Origin: a virus
Lineage: Duplodnaviria > Caudoviricetes
IMG/VR virus record: IMGVR_UViG_3300029319_000001
Direction: 5' to 3' (one strand)
DNA length: 64,000 bases
This document shows positions 37,589 to 47,315 of this stretch, one piece after another. The position numbers and the translations under genes were made by a program. The notes under the pieces are model-generated. The model was not told the origin of the DNA and did no database searches. It saw only the letters and a program-made list of their open reading frames with translations. Numbering within the stretch: the stretch's first letter is position 1; every line of letters begins with the position of its first letter.

Positions 37589-39285
37589 AAATTATAGGAC
37601 TCTACGGTAAACTTGAATATTTAACTGAATCCAAGTTAGAAAAAGATATAGATTGTCATGATTCTGGTGCTACTTTATTTGTAGATGGTTATCATATTAG
37701 AAGTATTAATGAAGAGCGTTTGAATAGGGTAAAAGAATATGGTGGTTTTCCAGAGAAGTCTATTGATTATGTTCTAGGAGATTATTCTAAAGATGATGTA
37801 GATATAGTTTGTTATGTTCCAACATATCCTTGGAATAATATTTTCTTATACAATGAAGTTACTACTACAAGTAAAAAAATTTGGTATGAAGGTAAAGAAA
37901 AAGAAGCAAGTAATTTATTAAGAGATCTATTTCCACATGCAGAAGTATGGTATCTATCACATCATTTATGTCATGCAGCATCAACTGTTTTTACTTCTCC
38001 ATTTAATAGTGGAAGTTTTTTAACATTGGATGGTTTGGGTAGTGGACTATGGGATTTTGCTACTGGTAATATTCGTAGTGGAGAAAATAATAGTATAGGA
38101 TATTTCAATAAGAGAAAAAAGATTTTTAGATTCTTTCGTATGCCTGGCGATGTTGGTGAGAATTCTTTCGGAGAATTTTATTGTCAATGGTCTAAGATGA
38201 TATATGAGGGTAAGTGTAAAGAAATAGGTAAAGAATATGATGATGATAGGACACCAAAAGAAGGGAAGATAATGGGTCTTGCATCATATGGAAATAAAAT
38301 AGATGCACCTAAACCATATACACTTGCTAATGATTTTGCTAAAGAATTATTTGATATCGAAAAATATGACTTTGGACATAATGTAGCAAACTTCTATGAC
38401 TATCGTATGGTATTCAATTCTATCCAAGGAAGTTTAGAAGATAAGGCATATTATTTGCAAAGATCATTTGAAGATGCTTTACTTGGATTAGTTAAGTCTT
38501 TACAAAATGATGGTTACCTAGAAGATAATCATTGTTTTGCAGGTGGATCTTTCCTTAATGTATGTGCTAATAGTTTATTAAAACCATTGTTTAAAAATAT
38601 GCACATCCCACCATATACAAATGACTCTGGTATTCATTTTGGAGCAGCAGCATATGCTGCTTATAAAACTGGAAGTAATCCTCGTATGCCAAAAAATAAT
38701 ATTTCATACCTTGGAAAATCTTATGAAGATTTTGTTCCTGATGAGGAGAATATGGAATACTATGAAGACTTTGATTTGTTGTGTGAGACAGTTGCTTATG
38801 AACTTGAGAAGAATAAAATTGTAGGATGGTTCCAAGGTAGATCAGAACATGGTCCTCGTGCTCTTGGTAATCGTTCTATTCTTATGAGTCCTACTCAACC
38901 AGAAAATAAAGACATTTTAAATAAGAGAATAAAACATCGTGAGCATTGGAGACCGTATGCTGGTATAATGTTAGAAGAGAGAATAGATGATTATTTTCTT
39001 GAGGGTGAAATTACACCGTACATGTTGAGTTCTCAGCATGCTATAAGTGATAGGATACCTGCTATTGTTCATGAAGATAAAACTTGTAGGATTCAAACTG
39101 TTAATAAGAAACAGAATCCTAAGATGTGTCATCTACTATCTAAATTTGAAGATCCTATTCTTTTAAATACATCATTCAATAAGAGTGGAGAACCTATCAT
39201 AGAAACTCCAGAAGATGCTATTAGAGGATTTAAAAATATGGATCTTGATTTTCTTGTCATTGGGAATTACATACTATGGAATTAA
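37585..39285 (+). CDS. Carbamoyltransferase (NodU/CmcH family)
   Basis: HHLCHAAS, TLDG, EGKIMGLASYG, AGGSFLN, GPRALGNRSIL, WRPYA, LNTSFN..GEPI. Confidence 0.93.
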   Translation: MKIIGLYGKLEYLTESKLEKDIDCHDSGATLFVDGYHIRSINEERLNRVKEYGGFPEKSIDYVLGDYSKDDVDIVCYVPTYPWNNIFLYNEVTTTSKKIWYEGKEKEASNLLRDLFPHAEVWYLSHHLCHAASTVFTSPFNSGSFLTLDGLGSGLWDFATGNIRSGENNSIGYFNKRKKIFRFFRMPGDVGENSFGEFYCQWSKMIYEGKCKEIGKEYDDDRTPKEGKIMGLASYGNKIDAPKPYTLANDFAKELFDIEKYDFGHNVANFYDYRMVFNSIQGSLEDKAYYLQRSFEDALLGLVKSLQNDGYLEDNHCFAGGSFLNVCANSLLKPLFKNMHIPPYTNDSGIHFGAAAYAAYKTGSNPRMPKNNISYLGKSYEDFVPDEENMEYYEDFDLLCETVAYELEKNKIVGWFQGRSEHGPRALGNRSILMSPTQPENKDILNKRIKHREHWRPYAGIMLEERIDDYFLEGEITPYMLSSQHAISDRIPAIVHEDKTCRIQTVNKKQNPKMCHLLSKFEDPILLNTSFNKSGEPIIETPEDAIRGFKNMDLDFLVIGNYILWN

Positions 39286-39650
39286 AAGACTGGTTGAATT
39301 CAATTAATATTAACAAGAAAGATATTCTTGAAGAAGATCCTGATGCAAAGTATCCTGCATATATTGTAAATCGTTGTTTATCTGGTCATCTTGATTGTGT
39401 CATGTATGCTAATGAGATGAATAGATTTCCTAATTTAGATAAGGATATGCAGTATAATTTTATGCTAAATGGAATTAGAAAGAGAAAGCGTTTTGCTCCT
39501 TGGTTAAAGCAAGAAAAGATTGAAGATCTAGAAGTTGTAAAAAAATACTATAACTATAATACTGAGAAAGCAAAACAAGCGTTGAGAATATTAACTCCTG
39601 ATCAATTAGAATATATAAAAAAGAAAATGGATGTAGGTGGTATCAAGTGA
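39276..39650 (+). CDS. gp62: Clamp loader small subunit gp62
   Basis: YPAYIVNRCLSGHLD...ANEMN...RKRKRFAPWLK...KKYYNYNTEKAKQAL. Confidence 0.93.
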   Translation: MELKDWLNSININKKDILEEDPDAKYPAYIVNRCLSGHLDCVMYANEMNRFPNLDKDMQYNFMLNGIRKRKRFAPWLKQEKIEDLEVVKKYYNYNTEKAKQALRILTPDQLEYIKKKMDVGGIK

Positions 39651-40468
39651 AAAAGGTTTTAAGTATTGATATTGATTATTGTTTTCCTTCAGTAGATGAG
39701 TGGCCGAATGATAATAATGAACTATGGGAAGAGTGGCATCCTTATACAAAGTGGACTCAATACTTTACTAAGTATACTGATTTAAACGATAGATCAAAGA
39801 TAATTGATGAAGAGTGTTTGGATTATTTGTTAGAAACATATACTAGAGCACTTGCAGCATCTCCTAATGCTACAGTTTCTTTTGGATTTGATCATGATAT
39901 GATACTCAAAGATCTTCCTAAAGAAAAGATTGATCTAGTTAACATAGATCATCATGATGATTTTTTAGCAGGAACTTTTATCGGTGATGATAACGATGAA
40001 TTTAAAGAGTACCTTGCTTGTCATCTATTAGAATATCATTTTGCTCATACCTATGGTAAAGTTGATGAGGGTAGTTGGGGTGCATATCTACATCATCAAG
40101 GAAGACTGAATAGTATGACTTGGATTCGTAATGAAGGAATAAAAGAAGTTGATACTCGTAGTCCAGTTAATAAATTTATATGCGAGAATGTGGGTGAACC
40201 TACTAAATGGAGAGCTTGTCATGCTCATGAGTATGATCATGGAGACTATGTTTATGATCATATCTTCGTTTGTCTATCTCCAATGTATTTTCCATTACCA
40301 GTTTGGGATACCTTTAGTGTATTCCTTGGCATCTATGAAAAACAAAGTGGAAAAGACTGTAAGATGAATGAATGGTGGGATAAAAGATATATCAATAGGA
40401 TGGCTTATGGTAAGGCATATGAGGTAGTTTACGAAGGACTTCAGAATGTGAAGAAGTCCCTAAACTAA
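39647..40468 (+). CDS. UPF0489 / arginase-deacetylase-fold protein
   Basis: LSIDIDY, FDHDMIL, VNIDHHDD, EGSW, FVCLSP; GTGA overlap with gp62 stop. Confidence 0.6.
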   Translation: MKKVLSIDIDYCFPSVDEWPNDNNELWEEWHPYTKWTQYFTKYTDLNDRSKIIDEECLDYLLETYTRALAASPNATVSFGFDHDMILKDLPKEKIDLVNIDHHDDFLAGTFIGDDNDEFKEYLACHLLEYHFAHTYGKVDEGSWGAYLHHQGRLNSMTWIRNEGIKEVDTRSPVNKFICENVGEPTKWRACHAHEYDHGDYVYDHIFVCLSPMYFPLPVWDTFSVFLGIYEKQSGKDCKMNEWWDKRYINRMAYGKAYEVVYEGLQNVKKSLN

Positions 40469-40497
40469 ATAAAAATACTGAATTTTATCTTAGTATA

Positions 40498-40935
40498 ATG
40501 AGCGTTGTTGTTGAACCGACCTATGATTGGTCGCCAGATAGTATGATTGAGGTGGCTTTAAGTGAGCCAGATGACTTTTTAAAAGTACGAGAAACATTGA
40601 CACGAATAGGTGTTGCTTCCCGTAAAGAAAAGAAATTGTATCAGTCGTGTCATATACTACATAAACAAGGAAGATATTATATCGTTCACTTTAAAGAATT
40701 ATTTGCACTTGATGGAAAAAGAGCTAACCTTACTATTAACGATGTGCAGCGTAGGAATCGTATTAGTCAGTTGCTTGCTGATTGGGGCTTGATTTCTATC
40801 AAAGAATCTGCTAAAATATCAGATATTGCACCTTTAAACCAGATAAAAGTATTGTCTTATAAAGACAAAGGTAACTGGATACTAGAAACTAAGTACAACA
40901 TTGGTCGTAAAACTAAAGAAGAGGAAGTGTCATGA
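40498..40935 (+). CDS. regA: Translational repressor RegA
   Basis: DDFLKVRETLTRIGVAS...LYQSCHILHKQGRYYIVHFKELF. Confidence 0.97.
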   Translation: MSVVVEPTYDWSPDSMIEVALSEPDDFLKVRETLTRIGVASRKEKKLYQSCHILHKQGRYYIVHFKELFALDGKRANLTINDVQRRNRISQLLADWGLISIKESAKISDIAPLNQIKVLSYKDKGNWILETKYNIGRKTKEEEVS

Positions 40936-41552
40936 ACTATAAAAGATGGATCGCAATAGGTTCAGCAAGTCTTATCGGATTAACTTATGTTGGTGCAATA
41001 GGAACAATTGCCAGAAGACAACCTGAGGAAAGTAAATTTCCTAGTCTTCCTGTTGGTCCTTACACATCATATAGAATTAAGACTAATGCAGATGGTTCAT
41101 ATGAAATGGCATATAGAGCAAATGATCCTTTAGTTATGTCTAATGTAAAAGATATACAGAAGAGTGGTGGATTCTTAGGAACGAAGAAGCAAAATATACA
41201 GACAACAGAAATGTATACAATGGATGGGGCAGTTCATCACGGAGGACCTGTTAGTAGCACAAGTGCTTGGATAGATCCATCTGCTAAAGGTAAAGGAGAT
41301 GACGCTCCAAAAATTAGTGCAAAGACTATCGAATGTATTGAAGCTGCAGGTTCTGGAAAAGGAACTGGTAGAATGGTAGGTGGTGCTGTTGGTGCCTCTG
41401 CTGCCCCTGCATTGTCAAATATACCATTTATAGGTTGGGTTGCTGCTGGATTTGTTACCATGTTTGGTGCAGATAAGGGTGGTGATATAGGTGCTGACTT
41501 GTCAACATCATACGCAGGATGCGATGATATAGATATTCCACATACTAAGTGA
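40932..41552 (+). CDS. Membrane protein with glycine-zipper segment
   Basis: N-terminal hydrophobic helix; GRMVGGAVGA...GWVAAG...GGDIGA. Confidence 0.7.
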   Translation: MNYKRWIAIGSASLIGLTYVGAIGTIARRQPEESKFPSLPVGPYTSYRIKTNADGSYEMAYRANDPLVMSNVKDIQKSGGFLGTKKQNIQTTEMYTMDGAVHHGGPVSSTSAWIDPSAKGKGDDAPKISAKTIECIEAAGSGKGTGRMVGGAVGASAAPALSNIPFIGWVAAGFVTMFGADKGGDIGADLSTSYAGCDDIDIPHTK

Positions 41553-42286
41553 AGCATTATATATTTGATGTAGATGGCACTCTTACACCCAGTAGAGGTC
41601 AGATTGATAGTTCATTTAAAGCATTCTTTATAAAATTTTGCTGTACATATCCTGTATATCTGGTTACTGGTAGTGACAGACAGAAGACAGTTGACCAACT
41701 TGGTCTTGATATATGTTACAGAGCAAAGAGAGTTTATAATTGCTCTGGTAGTGATGTTTATGAAAGAGATGTTAATGTCTATAGGGATGATTGGGAGTTG
41801 CCAAGGGATGTAGAAAAGTTTTTAAAAGACGAGTTGGACTATAGTTGTTTTCCTATTCGTAACGGATTGCATATTGAAAGAAGACCAGGTGGAGTAAACT
41901 TTAGTATCTTAGGTAGAGGAAAAGATCCATCTGTAGGTAGAGAAGAATATATTAAGTGGGATAAAGAGAGATTAGAAAGAGAGGATATTGCAAATAGACT
42001 TAGAAATAATTTTCCGAATCTATCTGTAACACTAGGAGGACAGACTGGTCTTGACTTAGGACCTCTAGGTAGTGATAAGAGTCAGATTATTAAAGACTTT
42101 AGACTAGGAGAAGAGTTGCATTTCTTTGGTGATAGGATGGAAAAAGGAGGAAATGACTACAGTTTAGGGAAAGCAGTACAAGAAATGGGTGGTAAAGCGT
42201 ACCATGTTAAAGACTGGAAAGAGACACAAAGTGTTATAATTAGTAGTGTCGCCGAAAGGGACAACAAAAAACAACTCGCTTATTAA
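41549..42286 (+). CDS. HAD-IIB phosphomannomutase (PMM-like)
   Basis: FDVDGTLT, LVTGSD, IERRPGGVNFS, GGQTGLD, FFGDRMEKGGNDY. Confidence 0.82.
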   Translation: MKHYIFDVDGTLTPSRGQIDSSFKAFFIKFCCTYPVYLVTGSDRQKTVDQLGLDICYRAKRVYNCSGSDVYERDVNVYRDDWELPRDVEKFLKDELDYSCFPIRNGLHIERRPGGVNFSILGRGKDPSVGREEYIKWDKERLEREDIANRLRNNFPNLSVTLGGQTGLDLGPLGSDKSQIIKDFRLGEELHFFGDRMEKGGNDYSLGKAVQEMGGKAYHVKDWKETQSVIISSVAERDNKKQLAY

Positions 42287-42297
42287 GGAGAACTATT

Positions 42298-42726
42298 ATG
42301 ACTAACCTCGCAAGGTATCATGCTACTAATCTTCCAGAATTAATGAAGATTATTAGAGAAAACGGTATAGGGATGGATGACTATCTCAATCGTTTCTGGG
42401 ATGATACTACAACAAGTAATTACCCACCTTACAATCTTATCAATGTAAGTAATACTGAATCCAAACTAGAAATAGCACTAGCAGGATTTAAAAAAGATGA
42501 GATTAAAGTCTATACAGAATACGGTAGACTTAATGTGGAAGGAAACAAAGAAGAAAAAGAAGATAAAACTTACGCACATAGAGGACTCGCACAAAGATCC
42601 TTTAATAGATCATGGCATATTGCTGAAGACACTATTGTCAAAGACGCAACTATTGAAGATGGATTACTAACTGTCACACTTACTAAGGTAATTCCAGAAC
42701 ATCATCAGCGTAAGGATTGGATCTGA
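42298..42726 (+). CDS. hsp20: Small heat shock protein Hsp20
   Basis: NYPPYNL...LEIALAGF...HRGLAQRSF...DGLLTVTL; AAGGAG RBS. Confidence 0.96.
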   Translation: MTNLARYHATNLPELMKIIRENGIGMDDYLNRFWDDTTTSNYPPYNLINVSNTESKLEIALAGFKKDEIKVYTEYGRLNVEGNKEEKEDKTYAHRGLAQRSFNRSWHIAEDTIVKDATIEDGLLTVTLTKVIPEHHQRKDWI

Positions 42727-42802
42727 CTAGGCATAAATTTTTGTAACTAAAAGTAGGTTTGTTAGGATTTCCTAACTAAATAAAGTACATATGGAGACAA
42801 CT

Positions 42803-42970
42803 ATGCACAACATAATGCCCCAGAACCAACTGTCTGGATGGACAATGACCGATCACTCTTATTCAAGTGATTCATGGGAACAAAAACTGGATGAGTATTA
42901 TGAATGCATTGTTGAATGCTCGCATGGTCAACCTATTTGCAAACGGTTATGTAATGAAATTCTAAGGTGA
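42803..42970 (+). CDS. Small Cys-containing cyanobacteria-like protein (55 aa, not in ORF track)
   Basis: MHNIMPQNQLSGW...DEYYECIVECSHGQPICKRLCNEILR; GGAG RBS. Confidence 0.7.
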   Translation: MHNIMPQNQLSGWTMTDHSYSSDSWEQKLDEYYECIVECSHGQPICKRLCNEILR

Positions 42971-42975
42971 TATAT

Positions 42976-43001
42976 AAGGGGGTCGTCAGACCCTCTTTTT
43001 T
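42976..43001 (+). terminator. Rho-independent terminator
   Basis: AAGGGGGTC-GTCA-GACCCTCTT plus T run. Confidence 0.85.
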
Positions 43002-43032
43002 ATGATATAATGACGAAAGGAATTTAAAACAC

Positions 43033-43341
43033 ATGTCGATAAAAGTAGCGTTGATTAACAGCGATCAGATAATCGCTGATATAAAGGAGGTAATTGATCC
43101 TGATAATGATAGCAGACAATACCTTTTCAATAATCCATTAAAGGTTATTTTACAACCAACAATGACTCTTCAAGAAGATGGAGGTCAAGTCGATCATAAT
43201 CAATCTCAAGTTTCATTAGCAACTTGGCAAGCATTAACAAATGATTCTACCTTTGTAGTTAATCCTAATTCAGTTCAATGTGTATTTGAACCTATTCCTG
43301 ATCTTAAGGCAATGTATTTGGAGTTGCAAAATGGCAATTAA
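43033..43341 (+). CDS. Conserved hypothetical protein upstream of gp43
   Basis: MSIKVALINSDQIIADIKE...; TG-n-TATAAT at 43003-43011. Confidence 0.75.
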   Translation: MSIKVALINSDQIIADIKEVIDPDNDSRQYLFNNPLKVILQPTMTLQEDGGQVDHNQSQVSLATWQALTNDSTFVVNPNSVQCVFEPIPDLKAMYLELQNGN

Positions 43342-43621
43342 GATAGTAGTATTTGATGACAGTTATAAATGTGTCATCGCAGATGTTCAAGAAGTAGTTG
43401 GTGCTGATATTGGTGAACCAGATTGTCAACTTACAGATCCATATGAGTTCATTGAGTTTGATGAGGGAGATGAACCAAAAAAATATATTGATCGTTTAAA
43501 ACCTTGGGAAGTTCTTAACAAATCATCAGATAATAAATGTCGTATTAGCAGTGATAAGATTCTGACTCTTGTAGATCCAGACAAATTTATTTTAGATGCA
43601 TACAATGAAATTATTAATTGA
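43331..43621 (+). CDS. Conserved hypothetical protein, probable paralogue of previous gene
   Basis: MAIKIVVFDD...VIADVQEV...GEPDCQLTDP; likely start ATG 43331. Confidence 0.75.
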   Translation: MAIKIVVFDDSYKCVIADVQEVVGADIGEPDCQLTDPYEFIEFDEGDEPKKYIDRLKPWEVLNKSSDNKCRISSDKILTLVDPDKFILDAYNEIIN

Positions 43622-46117
43622 ATGAAGTTTTACACTAATGTGCAAATGATCGGGGATAACTTCCTCGTTCGTGGTTATGATAATGGTGAGTACATTCAGT
43701 TCAGAGAAAAATATAATCCAACTCTGTTCGTTCCCTCAAATAAAAAAACTTTTTATAAAACTTTAGAAGGTGAATATGTTGCACCTATCAAACCAGGTTC
43801 GGTAAGAGACTGTAGAGATTTTTATAAAAAGTATGAAGAAATTGATGATTTTAAAATTTATGGCAACGAGAGGTATATCTACCAGTATATCTCAGATAAG
43901 TACCCCGAAGAAGAGATCAAGTTTGACATTGAAAAGGTACGGTTATTAACTGTTGATATTGAGACTCGTTCTGAGAATGGATTTCCTGATGTAGAAACTG
44001 CTGATCAGGAGATATTATTGATCTCTGTGCAAGATTATAATACTAAAGAGATCACAACATGGGGTGTTGGTTCGTTTAAAAACAGGCAGGAGAATGTTCG
44101 TTACATACAGTTCAATAATGAGCATGATCTTTTAAGTAGTTTCATTCAATGGTGGATGGATAATACTCCTGATGTTGTAACAGGATGGAATATCCAACTG
44201 TTCGATATGCCATACATTACTAAAAGGATTGATCGTCTTCTAGGTGAAAAACTTGCTAGAAGATTATCTCCTTGGGGATTGGTTAGTGAGAAGGAAGTAT
44301 ATATTAAAGGTCGTAGACAAGTCTATTATGATATTGGTGGTATCACACAGTTAGATTATCTTGATCTTTATAAGAAGTTTACTTACAAGGCACAAGAATC
44401 TTATCGATTAGATTATATTGCAGAGGTAGAATTAGGTCAGAAAAAACTTGACCACTCTGAGCATGATACCTTCAAAGATTTCTATACTAATGGTTGGCAG
44501 AAGTTTGTAGAATATAACATCAAGGATGTGGAACTTGTTGACCGTCTGGAAGACAAGATGAAACTTATTGAACTGGCACTTACTATGGCATATGATGCTA
44601 AAGTAAATTACAATGATGTCTTCTATCAGGTAAGGATGTGGGATACAATCATCTATAATTATTTGAAGAAAAAAGGAATAGTAATTCCACAAAAAGAACA
44701 ATCAGATAAATCTGACAAATACGCAGGTGCTTATGTCAAAGAACCAATTGCAGGACGCTATGATTGGGTGGTCTCTTTTGACCTTAATAGTCTCTATCCT
44801 CATCTTATTATGCAATATAATATCTCCCCAGAAACCATCAGGGAGACTCGTCATCCAGAAGCCAATGTTGATAGAATACTTAATGAAGAGATAGACTTCC
44901 AACTTTATAAAGATAGTGCTGTGTGTGCTAATGGAGCACAGTATAGAAAAGATAAGAGAGGTTTCTTGCCTGAGTTGATGGAAAAGATGTATAATGAGCG
45001 TGTAATTTTTAAGAAGAGGATGATCGATGCCAAGAAAAAATACGAGAAGACACCAACGGTTGCTCTGGAAAAAGAAATTGCAAGATGCAACAACATCCAA
45101 ATGGCGAAAAAGATATCTCTTAATTCTGCTTATGGTGCTATCGGCAATCAGTACTTCCGCTATTATAAATTAGCAAATGCAGAAGCAATCACATTGTCAG
45201 GACAAGTCTCTATCAGATGGATAGAGAACAAAATGAATAACTACTTAAACAAAATTCTTAAAACAGAGGATACTGATTATGTCATTGCTAGTGATACTGA
45301 TTCTATCTACCTCAACCTTGGTCCTCTTGTCGATGTTATCTACAAAGATAGAGAGAAGAATGCTGAGGGGATTGTCTCGTTTCTTGATAAGATTTGTGAG
45401 GAGAAATTTGAACCGTTCATCGACCAATCATACAAAGAATTAGCAGAATATCTCAATGCTTATGACCAGAAGATGTTCATGAAGAGAGAGAACATTGCTG
45501 ATCGTGGCATATGGACAGCAAAAAAAAGATACATCCTAAATGTATGGGATAGTGAAGGAGTTAGATACGAACAACCTAAACTAAAAGTTATGGGTATTGA
45601 ATCTGTTAAATCCTCTACTCCTTCTTCTTGTAGAAATATGTTAAAGGATGCATTCAAGATAATGATGAGTGGAACAGAGGATGATGTAATTAACTACATA
45701 GATGGATGTCGTCAGAAGTTTAAGACTTTACCTCCTGAGGAGATATCATTTCCTCGGTCAGTTAGTGATGTTCAAAAATATAAATCTCATTCTGACATTT
45801 ACATAAAAGGAACTCCCATTCATGTTAGAGGAGCACTATTGTTTAACCATTATATAAAAGAAAAGAAACTTACTAATAAGTATTCTCTTATTCAAAATGG
45901 CGAAAAGATTAAATTTTGTTATCTTAAAAAACCAAATACAATTCATGAAAATGTGCTATCCTTTATACAGGACTATCCTGTTGAATTAGGTCTTGACAAA
46001 TACATTGATTATGACTTACAATTTAACAAGGCATTCCTCGAACCATTAAAAATTATTCTTGATGCTATCGGATGGAGCGTTGAGAAAACTGCTAACCTAG
46101 AATCATTTTTTGTATAA
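43622..46117 (+). CDS. gp43: Family B DNA polymerase gp43
   Basis: DIET exonuclease, SFDLNSLYP, KISLNSAYG, ASDTDS. Confidence 0.99.
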   Translation: MKFYTNVQMIGDNFLVRGYDNGEYIQFREKYNPTLFVPSNKKTFYKTLEGEYVAPIKPGSVRDCRDFYKKYEEIDDFKIYGNERYIYQYISDKYPEEEIKFDIEKVRLLTVDIETRSENGFPDVETADQEILLISVQDYNTKEITTWGVGSFKNRQENVRYIQFNNEHDLLSSFIQWWMDNTPDVVTGWNIQLFDMPYITKRIDRLLGEKLARRLSPWGLVSEKEVYIKGRRQVYYDIGGITQLDYLDLYKKFTYKAQESYRLDYIAEVELGQKKLDHSEHDTFKDFYTNGWQKFVEYNIKDVELVDRLEDKMKLIELALTMAYDAKVNYNDVFYQVRMWDTIIYNYLKKKGIVIPQKEQSDKSDKYAGAYVKEPIAGRYDWVVSFDLNSLYPHLIMQYNISPETIRETRHPEANVDRILNEEIDFQLYKDSAVCANGAQYRKDKRGFLPELMEKMYNERVIFKKRMIDAKKKYEKTPTVALEKEIARCNNIQMAKKISLNSAYGAIGNQYFRYYKLANAEAITLSGQVSIRWIENKMNNYLNKILKTEDTDYVIASDTDSIYLNLGPLVDVIYKDREKNAEGIVSFLDKICEEKFEPFIDQSYKELAEYLNAYDQKMFMKRENIADRGIWTAKKRYILNVWDSEGVRYEQPKLKVMGIESVKSSTPSSCRNMLKDAFKIMMSGTEDDVINYIDGCRQKFKTLPPEEISFPRSVSDVQKYKSHSDIYIKGTPIHVRGALLFNHYIKEKKLTNKYSLIQNGEKIKFCYLKKPNTIHENVLSFIQDYPVELGLDKYIDYDLQFNKAFLEPLKIILDAIGWSVEKTANLESFFV

Positions 46118-46311
46118 TGAGAGATCAAAATTCTATAGATCATGAGGAGACAAATGAAGAGAAATGGAATCGTGGATTAGATTTGTTTATCGAGTCAGTT
46201 CAGAAACCAGATCATCAACTAAGAGGATGTGCTCACAACCAAAAATGTTATGACGAACTTATGCAAGTGCGTGATAATGTGCTAGAATACTTAAATACAT
46301 TGAGATTGTAA
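46117..46311 (+). CDS. Conserved hypothetical protein
   Basis: TAATG coupling on both sides; KWNRGLDLFIESV. Confidence 0.7.
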   Translation: MRDQNSIDHEETNEEKWNRGLDLFIESVQKPDHQLRGCAHNQKCYDELMQVRDNVLEYLNTLRL

Positions 46312-47315
46312 TGGATTTTTTAAAGGACATAGTAAAAGAGATAGGAGATGACTACACGCAACTCGCTTCAGATATTCAAGAAAGCGAAAGATATGTGGAC
46401 ACAGGTTCGTACATTTTTAATGCCCTTGTATCAGGGTCTATATTTGGCGGTGTATCTAGTAACAAGATTACTGCAATTGCTGGTGAAAGCAGCACTGGAA
46501 AAACTTTCTTCTCCCTCGCAGTTGTCAAGAACTTTCTGGATAATAATCCTGACGCTTATGTTCTTTACTTCGATACTGAAAGTGCTATATCCAAGTCTTT
46601 ATTAGAAGCACACGGAGTAGATACTAATCGCTTAGTTGTTATTAATGTAGTAACGATTGAAGAGTTTAGATCAAAGGCACTAAAAGCAGTAGATAAATAC
46701 ATCAAAATGCCTGAGTCTTCTCGCAAACCATGTATGTTTGTGTTAGATTCTTTAGGTATGCTTTCCACAGAGAAAGAGATCAACGATGCATTGAACGATA
46801 AACAAGTTCGTGATATGACCAAATCACAATTGGTTAAGGGTGCGTTTAGAATGTTGACTTTGAAACTAGGACAAGCAAACATTCCCCTTATAGTCACAAA
46901 CCACACTTACGATGTTATCGGATCTTATGTCCCAACTAAAGAAATGGGAGGAGGCAGTGGCCTCAAGTATGCCTCGTCTACAATCATATATCTCAGCAAA
47001 AAAAAGGAAAAGGATTCGCAAGAAGTTGTTGGAAACATTATCAAAGCTAAGACAGCTAAAAGCAGATTATCGAAAGAAAACAAATCAGTAAGTATTCGTC
47101 TTTATTATGATGAGAGGGGTCTTGACAAATACTATGGACTACTAGAGTTAGGAGAACTTGGTGGTATGTGGAAGAATGTTGCAGGTAGATATGAAATTAA
47201 CGGTAAAAAAATATATGCTAAACAAATTCTTGCAAACCCAGAAGAATATTTTACAGATGATGTAATGGAGAAACTTGACGGTATCGCCAAGCAAGAATTT
47301 AGTTATGGTTCTTAA
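46311..47315 (+). CDS. uvsX: RecA-like recombinase UvsX
   Basis: AGESSTGKT, FDTESA, LDSLG, GGGSGLKYASS. Confidence 0.96.
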   Translation: MDFLKDIVKEIGDDYTQLASDIQESERYVDTGSYIFNALVSGSIFGGVSSNKITAIAGESSTGKTFFSLAVVKNFLDNNPDAYVLYFDTESAISKSLLEAHGVDTNRLVVINVVTIEEFRSKALKAVDKYIKMPESSRKPCMFVLDSLGMLSTEKEINDALNDKQVRDMTKSQLVKGAFRMLTLKLGQANIPLIVTNHTYDVIGSYVPTKEMGGGSGLKYASSTIIYLSKKKEKDSQEVVGNIIKAKTAKSRLSKENKSVSIRLYYDERGLDKYYGLLELGELGGMWKNVAGRYEINGKKIYAKQILANPEEYFTDDVMEKLDGIAKQEFSYGS

